The notes beneath the pieces are model-generated. The model worked only from the letters and a program-made list of their open reading frames with translations, was not told where the DNA came from and searched no databases. Both the position numbers and the translations under genes were made by a program. Source: an uncultured Bacteroides sp. (lineage in GTDB: Bacteria > Bacillota > Clostridia > Christensenellales > CAG-917). From it: DNA of 57,607 nucleotides. Below are positions 34,330 to 43,377 of the stretch, in pieces. Location of the stretch: positions 1 to 57,607 of the forward strand of contig CAZUZK010000003.1 in assembly GCA_964624745.1 (NCBI GenBank), read 5' to 3'. The first letter of the stretch is position 1, and each line of letters opens with the position of its first letter.

Positions 34330-35187
34330 TCAAAAGGCAAAGACAAATATCATTGAACAAATAATACCGACAAGCATACTCACCGCCGGCACTCTGCCCT
34401 CTTCCATAAGTATAGATTGCGGCAAAATCTCACAGAACGTGACGTACAGCATCGCGCCGCCTGCAAGCCCCATGCAAATTCCGCTGGCAAGAGAGCTTAT
34501 ACCGCCGACCGCAAGACCTATAACCGCTCCTAAAACCGTTGCCGCTCCTGCAAGCGCGGTCAGCAATATCGTTTTCCACCACTTTACGCCGCCGCTTGCC
34601 AAGGGCGCGGATATTGCCATACCCTCGGGGATATTGTGCACTGCAATAATTATCGCTATCAATACGCCCGTTTGCGTGTCGGTTGCGCCCGTTGCGCCTA
34701 TCGCCATACCCTCGGGCAGGTTGTGAAGCGCAATCGCAAGAAGCATTATAATTCCTGCCTTCAACAATGATTTTTTGTCAACGGCAGCCTCGGTTTTGTT
34801 CTCGTTCGTATCGGTGGCGAGCATATCGTTTGCCTCGATAACCGCGGTTTCGTGATGCAATTCCTCTATGCTTCTGTGCGTATCACGCATGTTTTCCACA
34901 ATGTCGATAAGCTTGTTTAGCGCAAAGATTACAAGCATACCGACAATCAATGCCGATACCGCAATGAGAATGCCCGATTGCTCTATGGCACCCTCGATTT
35001 TTGCCGATTCGACAGCCTCGGGAAGCATCTCGAAGGTAACGACGCCGACCATTACGCCACCTGCAAAGCTCAACACTCTGCCCATGACCTTATTGCCCTT
35101 GTCTTTTAGCAGTACGCCGACAACACCGCCTAAACCGGTGCCTACAACGCCCGCCACCAGCGATAAAATCAAAATAATTTCATTCAT
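34330..35187 (-). CDS. ZIP-family divalent metal (zinc) transporter
   Basis: It is multi-TM with two HN(L/I)PEGMAI(G/S) signatures (HNLPEGMAIG, HNIPEGMAIS). The start is taken as the ATG at 35187 (MNEIILILS..) with a GGAGAGAG SD. The longer ORF-track start lies inside the palindrome and promoter. Confidence 0.85.
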   Translation of the reverse strand: MNEIILILSLVAGVVGTGLGGVVGVLLKDKGNKVMGRVLSFAGGVMVGVVTFEMLPEAVESAKIEGAIEQSGILIAVSALIVGMLVIFALNKLIDIVENMRDTHRSIEELHHETAVIEANDMLATDTNENKTEAAVDKKSLLKAGIIMLLAIALHNLPEGMAIGATGATDTQTGVLIAIIIAVHNIPEGMAISAPLASGGVKWWKTILLTALAGAATVLGAVIGLAVGGISSLASGICMGLAGGAMLYVTFCEILPQSILMEEGRVPAVSMLVGIICSMIFVFAF

Positions 35188-35204
35188 ATTCTCTCTCCGC
35201 GATA

Positions 35205-35223
35205 CAGTATATAACATATACTG
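35205..35223. promoter_or_regulatory. Perfect 19-bp palindrome (8-3-8) over the ZIP transporter promoter; candidate Zur/Fur-type operator
   Basis: CAGTATAT-AAC-ATATACTG. On the minus strand it overlaps a candidate -10 element: TTGTGA, 16-17 nt, then TATATA/ATATAC. It lies 18-36 nt upstream of the ZIP ATG and contains ATGTTATA, which is reminiscent of Zur boxes. Confidence 0.5.
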
Positions 35224-35296
35224 CGATTTTCACAACCGATAAAGACAAACTGAATAAAAATTGTTTCGTTTCTCAATCGCGACGCATACTATACCT

Positions 35297-36127
35297 ATGA
35301 AACTCAACACGCCGACAATCAAGCTTTTGACAATAATTCTAATTGTCATTGCGTCGATAAGCATATCGGGAGGTGCGAAATTGTTTTGCAAACACAATAT
35401 AGCCGATGCAAAAAGCCCTGAAATTCACCTGATTGCGCGATTTTCCACGTATTACGGCGATAGCAAGCAAAACAGAAAAGACAATATCGCGCTTGCCTGT
35501 CGAAAAATCGACGGTACAACGCTATATCCCGAGGACGAATTTTCCTTTAACGATACCGTAGGCAGACGAACGGCTGAAAACGGCTTTAAGAGCGCGTACG
35601 TCATACAAAACGGAGAATTTATAGAAGGCATAGGCGGCGGCGTATGTCAGGTATCAAGCACGCTCTACAACTGCGCGTTGCTCTGCAATCTGGCAATAAC
35701 AAGCGTAAGCGCGCACTCCTTGCCCGTCGGGTACGTCGCCCCGTCGTTTGACGCAATGGTTTCGAGCGTAACCGATTTGAGATTTGTCAACACGCTATCC
35801 GCACCCGTTACTCTGCGTATGAGCGCGGACGGGAAATATGCGACGGCGGAAATATACGGAGTCGATAGTTTTACCATCAAGCGCCGCTCGCAAACTCTTG
35901 AAATATTGCCGTTTGAAATAGAATACAGAGACGACGAAGCCTTAAAGGACGGCGACGAGGTTATCGACACGTACGGAAAAGAGGGCTTACGCTCGCAAGG
36001 ATTTTTGGATTATTACGAAAACGGTAAACTTATAAAATCCGTGCTAATCAGAAAGGATACCTACGCCCCTCAAAAGCGAATAGTTTTAAGAGGCAAACAA
36101 TCGGCATTGACAGAGGAGATAAAATAG
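35297..36127 (+). CDS. VanW-family protein with a C-terminal G5-like domain
   Basis: It has an N-terminal TM helix (KLLTIILIVIASISI), the VanW core ..GGGVCQVSSTLYNCALL.. and a C-terminal ..YRDDEALKDGDEVIDTYGKEGLRSQGF..ENGKLIKSVLIRKDTYAPQKRIVLRG (G5-like). The ATG at 35297 was chosen; it has no clear SD. Confidence 0.75.
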   Translation: MKLNTPTIKLLTIILIVIASISISGGAKLFCKHNIADAKSPEIHLIARFSTYYGDSKQNRKDNIALACRKIDGTTLYPEDEFSFNDTVGRRTAENGFKSAYVIQNGEFIEGIGGGVCQVSSTLYNCALLCNLAITSVSAHSLPVGYVAPSFDAMVSSVTDLRFVNTLSAPVTLRMSADGKYATAEIYGVDSFTIKRRSQTLEILPFEIEYRDDEALKDGDEVIDTYGKEGLRSQGFLDYYENGKLIKSVLIRKDTYAPQKRIVLRGKQSALTEEIK

Positions 36128-36165
36128 CGATATAATCTAAACAGTATAACGATAGGAGACCTGCT

Positions 36166-37914
36166 ATGGATTATCAACAAAGTTATCTCGAATGGCTTGA
36201 AAGCGACGAGCTTACCCAAAACGACAAAGCTCGTTTGGCACAAATAAACGACGACGAAAAGAAAGAAATGTTTTTCTGTCCCCTACAATTCGGAACCGCC
36301 GGTATGCGCGGAGTGCTGGACGTAGGGACCAACCGCATGAACGTCTTTACCGTCAAGCGTGCCACGCAAGGGCTTGCCGAATACATAAAAACATTAGGAC
36401 AACAAGCCATGCAAAGAGGCGTGGTAATCTCTTACGACACTCGACGTTTTTCCGATGAATTTGCAATCCGTTCCGCAAAGGTGCTTGCGCAAAACGGAAT
36501 AAACGCATACCTTTTCGACGCGGTACACCCCGTACCGATGTGCTCGTTTGCAATAAGACATCTCAATGCCATAGCGGGCATAATGATAACCGCCTCGCAC
36601 AATCCAAAGATTTATAACGGCTATAAGGTATACGGCGAGGACGGAGCGCAGATGTCGCCCGAATCGACGGATAAAGTAGTCGATTTTATAAACAAAACCC
36701 CGTATTTCGGCATAAAAGAGGTTGACGTCGAGCTGACGAAAGAAGGCATAAAGGGGCTTGACAACGCAAAGCCGCACCGTCACATAACCATAATAGGCAA
36801 GAGCGTTGACGAGGCGTATTTCGACGCCATAAGCAAGCTTTCTCTTTCCCCCGAAGAAGTAAAAGCGTTCGGCGAAAACGTAAAAATCGTCTATACGCCG
36901 ATACACGGAAGCGGATATGTGCCGGTTACGTCTATCCTCTCAAAAATGGGGATAACCGTCAACGTCGTAAAGGAGCAAGCACTCCCCGACACGGAATTTT
37001 CCACGGTGAGAGTCCCCAACCCCGAGGAAGCGGACACCCTTAAGCTCGGCGTTGAGCTTGCTGATAAAATCGGTAGCGACATCGTTATCGGCACCGACCC
37101 CGACGCAGACAGAATGGGTATTGCCGTAAGGGACGACAACGGCGTATTCACCCTTCTCAACGGAAACCAAATCGGCGTTCTGCTCGCAAATTATATTTTC
37201 CTTCGCAAGAAAGAAACAAACACGCTGCCCCAAAACGGCGCGCTGGTAAAAACAATCGTAACGACGGAGCTTGCTCGCGCGATTGCGTCTAGCTACGGCG
37301 TAACGACCTTTGACGTTCTTACCGGCTTCAAATTTATCGGCGAAAAAATCAAAGAGTGGGAAGAAAGCGGAGAATATACGTATTTGTTCGGCTTCGAGGA
37401 AAGCTACGGCTCGCTTGTCGGCACTCATGCAAGAGATAAGGACGCCGTAGTTGCAAGCATGATGTTTGCCGAAATGGTGTGCTATTATCAATCAAAGGGC
37501 AAAAACGTTTATCAAGTTCTGCAAGACATTTACGCAAAATTCGATTACTACGTCGAAAAGGCAAAGGCGATCACTTTCGGCGGATTGGACGGTATGCAAA
37601 AAATGGCAGAGATTATGAACACAATCCGCTCCACGAGATTTTGCGATATTGCAGGAACGAAAGTTCTTGCGCAAAGCGATCTCGTAACAAGACAAAAAAC
37701 ATATGCCGACGGCAAAACCGAAGCCATCGATTTACCCAAAACAAACGCCTTCAAAATTCATCTCGAAAACGGTGACTGGATATGCGTTCGCCCGAGCGGT
37801 ACGGAACCGAAGCTCAAATTCTACGTCGCAACAAGCGCAAGCGACAATGCCGTAGCCACAGAAAAAGCAAATTCCTACATCGCTTTCATGCAAGATTTGG
37901 TCGATAAGGCGTAA
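36166..37914 (+). CDS. Phosphoglucomutase / phosphomannomutase-family phosphosugar mutase (582 aa, PgcA-like)
   Basis: It has the active-site loop TASHNPKIYNGYKVY, the Mg loop GTDPDADR and a GEESYG-like sugar loop (GFEESYG). A TAGGAGA SD precedes the start. Confidence 0.9.
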   Translation: MDYQQSYLEWLESDELTQNDKARLAQINDDEKKEMFFCPLQFGTAGMRGVLDVGTNRMNVFTVKRATQGLAEYIKTLGQQAMQRGVVISYDTRRFSDEFAIRSAKVLAQNGINAYLFDAVHPVPMCSFAIRHLNAIAGIMITASHNPKIYNGYKVYGEDGAQMSPESTDKVVDFINKTPYFGIKEVDVELTKEGIKGLDNAKPHRHITIIGKSVDEAYFDAISKLSLSPEEVKAFGENVKIVYTPIHGSGYVPVTSILSKMGITVNVVKEQALPDTEFSTVRVPNPEEADTLKLGVELADKIGSDIVIGTDPDADRMGIAVRDDNGVFTLLNGNQIGVLLANYIFLRKKETNTLPQNGALVKTIVTTELARAIASSYGVTTFDVLTGFKFIGEKIKEWEESGEYTYLFGFEESYGSLVGTHARDKDAVVASMMFAEMVCYYQSKGKNVYQVLQDIYAKFDYYVEKAKAITFGGLDGMQKMAEIMNTIRSTRFCDIAGTKVLAQSDLVTRQKTYADGKTEAIDLPKTNAFKIHLENGDWICVRPSGTEPKLKFYVATSASDNAVATEKANSYIAFMQDLVDKA

Positions 37915-38028
37915 TTTGTACAATCATACCACGCTTGAAGCACGAGGTATGCACCACAGCTTTAACGGCATATTGCCAATTAACAATTAGACGTATTGAA
38001 CGATTCGCAAATCATTTAATTTTCACAA

Positions 38029-38056
38029 GCAGCCACTCGACTGGCTGCTTTTTTTT
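38029..38056 (+). terminator. Rho-independent terminator after the phosphosugar mutase gene
   Basis: GCAGCCA-CTCGAC-TGGCTGC followed by 8 T residues. Confidence 0.8.
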
Positions 38057-38162
38057 GCGAAGAAAATCCATCGCTTGCATTCTCTTCCGATATTTTTTTC
38101 CTGTTCTGTATTTGATTTATTTCCTCGTCAAAACGCAAAGGCTTTTTTTCAAAGCCCAGAGG

Positions 38163-40457
38163 TTACAAAGTAAAAAGCCGCAAGGCAAGCACCGTACAAT
38201 CGTCGGTCGCCCCTCTCTCCAACGCCTTTTCCAGCAAATAATCGGCAAGCGTTTGCGGATTTGAGGTGTCAATCTCGTCGATTGCGTCAACCACTCCCTT
38301 GCCGTCAAGCACGTCGAAAACGCCGTCGCTCATCATCACGAGCATATCGCCGTCAAAAAGCTGATAGCGCGAGGTTATGCTTTCCACATTGTCCAAAATC
38401 CCCATCGGCGCGCAGGTGCACGTAAGCATTTCGACGTTTTCGCGTCGGACTATAAAACTTGACGCAGAGCCGAGCTTAACCACGTCCAGACCGCCCGTCT
38501 GCACGTCAATCACCGCAATATCCAACGAGGAAAACGCTTCGTCCGCGCTCAATCTCAACAGCTTGTTGACTATACTCAACACTATACCGCTCTCTATGCC
38601 TGCCCTATAAAAGCTTTCAATCATTTGCACTGCCGATTTGCTTGCCTCGCTTGCGCGCTCACCGTGTCCCATACCGTCGCAAACGGCAAACAATCTCTTA
38701 GAGCGAGAGGGGCAAAGCACGCTTGTGGTATCTCCGCATTTTTGTTCTTCGCCGTGTGTTTTTTGCGATATGCCGTAGGCAATCTCATATGTCGGCGCGC
38801 ACTGCAAATACACCGCCTTTGACGAGCCTCTGTCCGATATGCTCGCAAGCTCCATTCTACAGCGCAAATTTTTCGATACGATTTTTGGCAAAATAGCCTT
38901 TTGCGCGTCCGACGCTCTCACTATCAACGTCGCGCTCTGCTTGTCGTCCTCACCGCTTAAAACTATTTCGTTGGCGACGATATTATGTTTCAAAAGCTCG
39001 TCCTTCAACATCTCAACGTCGTCCCCGGCAAAGCTGACCTGTTGCGCGCACGCCTCTGCAAGCGAATCAAGCACGAGAGATACGCCGGCAAATTGCTCGC
39101 TCATCATGCGCTTGCAAGTTGTCAAGCCCTTTGCCTCTCCCGTTTTTGCCTTGTACGCCTCTGCCGAGCTGTTGATGACGGAGGACAGGGTGTGCATATT
39201 CGAGCATCGAGAAGTGATAAAAGGCGGTATATCCAAAATTGTTGCTTTACCCCTGCTTATCGCCGCGTCCGCCATTGGCAAAAGCACGCCAGAGGTATCC
39301 GTTCCCAACGCCGAAAAGCATATCTCTCTGTCAGCACATTTTCCGCAGAAGCTTCTTGCAACCTCTTTGGCTAGCTTATCGGGAGAGCATTCGCATTTGT
39401 CGTTCGCTATTTTTTCGAGGTTTTTGGACACGTCATAGAACACGTCGCTTGCCGAGGATAAACGCGTTGCAAGCTCTCTGCCTCGTCTGTTTACGATAGC
39501 CGAATATGCCCGTCTGTCGTCGCTCTTTGCATAGCACTTGATTTTTGCGACTACCGACGCAGGCATAAACACCGCGCATAAAACGCCGCACGCGCACATA
39601 AGCGCAGATTGCCACCCTGCTCCCGAATAAGCGTCGGTAAGCCACATTATGCTTTCTGCGGCAAGCACCGCGAGCGCGCTTGTCCACCTAGTAAACGGCG
39701 AAAACGCAACGGCAACCGCAGAGCAGGCGACAGAAGCTCCGAGCCACCCCAAATCCGAACACCGAAGGCTTGCGCCCGCGCCCAACAATATGCCTACGAA
39801 AAGCGTCGTTTGCACCCTACAACACATCGAACACAGCATTACCGCAAGCCCCAAAACGACGTGGTAGGCAAAAAAGCCGTAACCGCCCACCGTCGAAAGC
39901 GCGTAACCCACCACGCATAAAACCAAGCCCGAGCATATTCCCTCGTCAACGGTAAGCTTGTGCATAAGCCCGCGTACGAACAAGGCATAGCAGCATATAC
40001 CGCAACAAAAAGTGAACGCCAAAACGAGAAGAACGGATATTCCCACCTCGAGATACGTCCCGTAAAAAAGACAATTACACACCGCATATGGAGTTGTCGA
40101 AATAACCGCGCAAAGAGCGATTGACCAAAGGGGAACGTTGCGCTTGAGCTTATAAAAAATCGCATATAGAAGAATGAGAAGCACAACGGGGCTTATTGCG
40201 TACGAAAGCGTGTACCAGTCAAGAGAGAACACGCAGTTTGCCACGATAAAGCACGGTGCGACCGCAAGCACGTTTTGTCTTGAAAACACAAGTCCGCACA
40301 ACAGCGCAAGGGACAACGCAAAACCAAATTTGTCTATGGACGCAAACAAAAAAATTGCCAATCCTTCAACGACGAACAACACCGCGCCTCTTGCCGACAG
40401 CTTAATATCGAATGACGGAAAAAATCTTCTTTCCGCTCTTAATTCATTGCTTTTCAT
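38163..40457 (-). CDS. spoIIE: Stage II sporulation protein E (SpoIIE), membrane PP2C phosphatase
   Basis: It has a roughly 300-aa polytopic N-terminal domain, a central regulatory region and a C-terminal PP2C domain (..LFAVCDGMGHGERASEAS.., ..GDMLVMMSDGV.., ..DDCTVLAL). Its 764-aa length is typical. Confidence 0.9.
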   Translation of the reverse strand: MKSNELRAERRFFPSFDIKLSARGAVLFVVEGLAIFLFASIDKFGFALSLALLCGLVFSRQNVLAVAPCFIVANCVFSLDWYTLSYAISPVVLLILLYAIFYKLKRNVPLWSIALCAVISTTPYAVCNCLFYGTYLEVGISVLLVLAFTFCCGICCYALFVRGLMHKLTVDEGICSGLVLCVVGYALSTVGGYGFFAYHVVLGLAVMLCSMCCRVQTTLFVGILLGAGASLRCSDLGWLGASVACSAVAVAFSPFTRWTSALAVLAAESIMWLTDAYSGAGWQSALMCACGVLCAVFMPASVVAKIKCYAKSDDRRAYSAIVNRRGRELATRLSSASDVFYDVSKNLEKIANDKCECSPDKLAKEVARSFCGKCADREICFSALGTDTSGVLLPMADAAISRGKATILDIPPFITSRCSNMHTLSSVINSSAEAYKAKTGEAKGLTTCKRMMSEQFAGVSLVLDSLAEACAQQVSFAGDDVEMLKDELLKHNIVANEIVLSGEDDKQSATLIVRASDAQKAILPKIVSKNLRCRMELASISDRGSSKAVYLQCAPTYEIAYGISQKTHGEEQKCGDTTSVLCPSRSKRLFAVCDGMGHGERASEASKSAVQMIESFYRAGIESGIVLSIVNKLLRLSADEAFSSLDIAVIDVQTGGLDVVKLGSASSFIVRRENVEMLTCTCAPMGILDNVESITSRYQLFDGDMLVMMSDGVFDVLDGKGVVDAIDEIDTSNPQTLADYLLEKALERGATDDCTVLALRLFTL

Positions 40458-40626
40458 ATCTCGATTATACTTCTTTTCGTCGTCTACGATTTTCCGTCGA
40501 GCGTCATAAAAAATAAAACGACGTCCTTTTGCGTCGGAAAACGTCGATTTGATAAAATCGCAAAATAAGCACTTTATCGCGCGTTTTAGACAATATAAAA
40601 CACGGTTTTCGTCTATAAATCATTAT

Positions 40627-40655
40627 TTGACAAAGCTCGTCAAAAGGGATATAAT
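40627..40655 (+). promoter_or_regulatory. Perfect consensus sigma-A promoter for the ECF-S-like gene
   Basis: TTGACA (40627-40632), 17 nt, then TATAAT (40650-40655). The ATG at 40666 lies only about 4 nt beyond the expected TSS and no SD is present. Confidence 0.7.
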
Positions 40656-40665
40656 ATGCAAGACT

Positions 40666-41454
40666 ATGAACACCAAAAGAACGACTTACTTAAAAAATCT
40701 CACCCTCCTCGCGCTGATGCTCGCATTGACGGTGATATTCTGTTTTGTTCCGATAAGCTTTGGAGCAATCACTCTCGCGCTTATGATTTTACCAACCATA
40801 ATCGTGGCGCAAGCGTCGGATTTCAAGACCTCTCTTATCATGGGCTTGCTTATGGGAATAGTCAACTACATCGCTTGGTTTACGACAAAGGCAGCAAATC
40901 CCGTCGCTCCTATTTTTCAAAATCCGATTGTTTGCATCGTGCCGAGAATTATGATAGCCGTGTCGGTGTATCTTGTGCGAAGCGGGCTTGAAAAAGCATA
41001 TCGCTTGCGCTTGTGCGCGCATATTACAGACGAATACGTCCGAGAAGCCTTTGACGCATCTCCCAAAAACAACGATACGATTAATAACGAAATTGAGAAC
41101 GCAAGCGCCCCAACCGCTTCGACTTGCGACGAATGCGACGCGTTTGATTTTGAAAGCAAAGATGCAGATTATATCGCGCCCACTCGCACAAAGCAAAGAA
41201 CCAAACGCGACGTCGCTATTTCGCAAATTATTTACGCCTTTTCGACAGCCGTCGGCGTTGTGACGAATACGCTTTTGGTCGGCGTGTTTACCCTGCTTTT
41301 TTTCAACGGTACGTCCATTGCGCAAAACACGGTGGTGACGGTTGAATACGTGCTTGCCTGGTTTGGCTTGAATTTTGCAATAGAAGTCGTTTCTTTCTCT
41401 GCAATAGTACCGCCGATAATGCTCGCGCTTAAAGCCTCGAAGCTCGTCAAATGA
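40666..41454 (+). CDS. ECF-transporter S-component-like six-TM membrane protein with a roughly 70-aa hydrophilic insertion
   Basis: MNTKRTTYLKNLTLLALMLALTVIFCFVPISFGAITLALMILPTIIV.. There are six hydrophobic segments arranged as in ECF S components. A polar, acidic loop (EKAYRL..DECDAFDFESKDADYIAPTRTKQRTKRD) lies between TM4 and TM5. No ecfA or ecfT gene is adjacent. Confidence 0.5.
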   Translation: MNTKRTTYLKNLTLLALMLALTVIFCFVPISFGAITLALMILPTIIVAQASDFKTSLIMGLLMGIVNYIAWFTTKAANPVAPIFQNPIVCIVPRIMIAVSVYLVRSGLEKAYRLRLCAHITDEYVREAFDASPKNNDTINNEIENASAPTASTCDECDAFDFESKDADYIAPTRTKQRTKRDVAISQIIYAFSTAVGVVTNTLLVGVFTLLFFNGTSIAQNTVVTVEYVLAWFGLNFAIEVVSFSAIVPPIMLALKASKLVK

Positions 41455-41605
41455 TTTTGTATAGACAAAACTCACGAATGTCTATGCGATTTTTTATTGC
41501 ATTTTTTGCTGTTATTTTTATAATTTCGGGCATATTTCGGCAGAAAAAATCATACACATCGCTCGATTTGTATGACTTTTCTTATAGCTAGCTTAAAATT
41601 GCGTA

Positions 41606-41634
41606 TTTACAACGCTTTTGCTATTTGTTATAAT
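41606..41634 (+). promoter_or_regulatory. sigma-A promoter of the FGGY kinase gene
   Basis: TTTACA (41606-41611), 17 nt, then TATAAT (41629-41634). It lies 28 nt upstream of the AAGGTGG SD and ATG. Confidence 0.6.
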
Positions 41635-41661
41635 ATTTTTATCCTAAAAATAAGGTGGAAT

Positions 41662-43260
41662 ATGGGAAATTACGTACTTGCCTACGACGTAGGCACAACA
41701 GGTATCAAAACTTGTCTTATCGAAATCGATAAAAACATAAAGATTTTATCGTCGGCTTCTCAAGGCTACAAGCTTTACGTCCTTGAAAACGGCGGAGCCG
41801 AGCAAGACCCGAACGAATGGTGGGACGCAATGGTGCAGACAACGCGTCGCATCTTTGAAAATTCCGAAATAAAGCCCGAGCAGGTGCTTGGCATCTCCTT
41901 CTGCTCGCAAGCGCAAGGACTTGTCCTCGTGGATAAGGACGGCGTACCCGTGCATCGCGCCTTCAGCTATATGGACCAACGCGCGACAAAAGAAATCAAG
42001 CAAGGCATTGCCTACGGACTTCAAATCGCAGGCGGAAACATCGTCAAGGTTTTGAAATCACTTGCAATAACGGGCGCCGCTCCGTTGAGCGTCAAAGACC
42101 CGCTTTGGAAATACGTTTGGCTTAAAAACAACGAACCCGAAAACTTCAAGCGAGTACACAAGTGGCTCGACGTCAAAGAGTATCTCATAGCTCGTATGAC
42201 GGGCGAATTTGTGATGACGCACGACTCTGCCTTCGGAACAATGCTTTACGACTTGAAGCATAAGTGCATTTCAAAATCCATGTGCAAGATGTTCGGAATC
42301 AATCCCGACCATCTCCCCCGCCTTATCGAATCAACCGAGTGCGCAGGCGTAACCACTCAAAAATGCGCGGACGAGCTTGGATTGGTACAAGGCATAAAGG
42401 TCTTCGGCGGCGGTATGGACGCAAACCTTATCGGTGTCGGCGCAGGCGCAACCGGCGTTGGCGACACGCATATTTACAGCGGCACGTCGGGCTGGGTAGG
42501 AACAATCACCGAAAAGCCGGCGGTTGACATCACCACAATGATTGCGGCAACGGTTGCCGCTCAACCCGGCAAATACAACTACTTCGCCGAATTGGAAACA
42601 TCAGGCAAATGCTTTGAATGGGTGAAGGATCACATCGCTCTCGACGAGTGCGGTATGTACGTGCAGAAAAAACACATCACCGAGGAATTTGAAGGGAAAT
42701 ACTTAAGCTTGTTCTCATATATGACTTCGATTGTGGACGATATTCCGGCAGGTAGCGGCGGAGTTATATTCACGCCTTGGCTCCACGGAAACCGTTGTCC
42801 CTTTGAAGATCCGAACGCTCGCGGTATGTTCTTCAACATCAGTCTTGAAACAGGCAAAACCGAGCTTATCCGCGCGGTGCTCGAAGGCATCTGCTATCAC
42901 AAGCGTTGGATGCTTGAGGCTTCCGCAAAGAAGGTTAAACCCTCCGACGTAATCCGTTTTGTCGGTGGCGGCGCGCTTTCCGACTTTACCTGTCAGGTGC
43001 TTGCCGACATCACCGGTCACGTCATCGAAACCGTCGAAAGTCCGCAAAATATCGGTGCTGTCGGCGCGGCGGCGTGCGTTGCCGTGGGCATGGGCTTAAT
43101 CCCCTCTTTTGACGAAATCAAGAAGTTTATCCCTGCAAATAAGACGTTTAACCCCAACTTTGAGCTGAAAGAGAAGGTTTATGATAAGGGCTTCGAGGTG
43201 TTCAAATCCTTGTATAAGCAAAACAAAAAGAACTACGCCCTGCTCAATGCTCAAAAATAA
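41662..43260 (+). CDS. FGGY-family carbohydrate kinase (xylulokinase-like, 532 aa)
   Basis: An ATG at 41662 is preceded by AAGGTGG. It contains MGNYVLAYDVGTTGIKTCL (FGGY N-terminal phosphate-1 motif), ..GGMDANLIGVGAG.. and ..RFVGGGALSDFTCQVLADITG... Confidence 0.8.
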   Translation: MGNYVLAYDVGTTGIKTCLIEIDKNIKILSSASQGYKLYVLENGGAEQDPNEWWDAMVQTTRRIFENSEIKPEQVLGISFCSQAQGLVLVDKDGVPVHRAFSYMDQRATKEIKQGIAYGLQIAGGNIVKVLKSLAITGAAPLSVKDPLWKYVWLKNNEPENFKRVHKWLDVKEYLIARMTGEFVMTHDSAFGTMLYDLKHKCISKSMCKMFGINPDHLPRLIESTECAGVTTQKCADELGLVQGIKVFGGGMDANLIGVGAGATGVGDTHIYSGTSGWVGTITEKPAVDITTMIAATVAAQPGKYNYFAELETSGKCFEWVKDHIALDECGMYVQKKHITEEFEGKYLSLFSYMTSIVDDIPAGSGGVIFTPWLHGNRCPFEDPNARGMFFNISLETGKTELIRAVLEGICYHKRWMLEASAKKVKPSDVIRFVGGGALSDFTCQVLADITGHVIETVESPQNIGAVGAAACVAVGMGLIPSFDEIKKFIPANKTFNPNFELKEKVYDKGFEVFKSLYKQNKKNYALLNAQK

Positions 43261-43279
43261 CAAATCGCTGAAGCATACG

Positions 43280-43308
43280 AAAACGGCTGTCATTCGACAG
43301 CCGTTTTT
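43280..43308. terminator. Bidirectional terminator between the convergent kinase and cdd genes
   Basis: AAAACGGCTGTC-ATTC-GACAGCCGTTTT has a 12-bp stem that includes the A-run and T-run. Confidence 0.85.
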
Positions 43309-43377
43309 CAATAAATCGATTTTGCTCGATAGCTACAATTTCTGCGCTTTGATAGCTCGCCTGACGGCTTTAGCTTC

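Noticed and set aside
37935-38264. A 109-aa + strand ORF downstream of the phosphosugar mutase gene.
   Set aside because: It starts at a non-ATG codon, runs straight through a strong Rho-independent terminator (38029-38056) and into the 3' end of spoIIE. It has no SD.
40458-40560. Possible Spo0A boxes upstream of spoIIE (CGTCGAG at 40495-40501, CGTCGAT at 40542-40548).
   Set aside because: They match the TGTCGAA consensus at only 5 of 7 positions, and such GTCGA cores are expected by chance. This is not enough to call.
40789-41475. A 228-aa minus-strand ORF antisense to the ECF-S-like gene. Similar antisense ORFs lie at 50952-51845 (297 aa), 52348-52902 and 55470-56522 (350 aa).
   Set aside because: All are embedded opposite genes with clear signal peptides, TM segments or domain content. 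They are Arg/Cys/His-rich and lack ribosome-binding sites.
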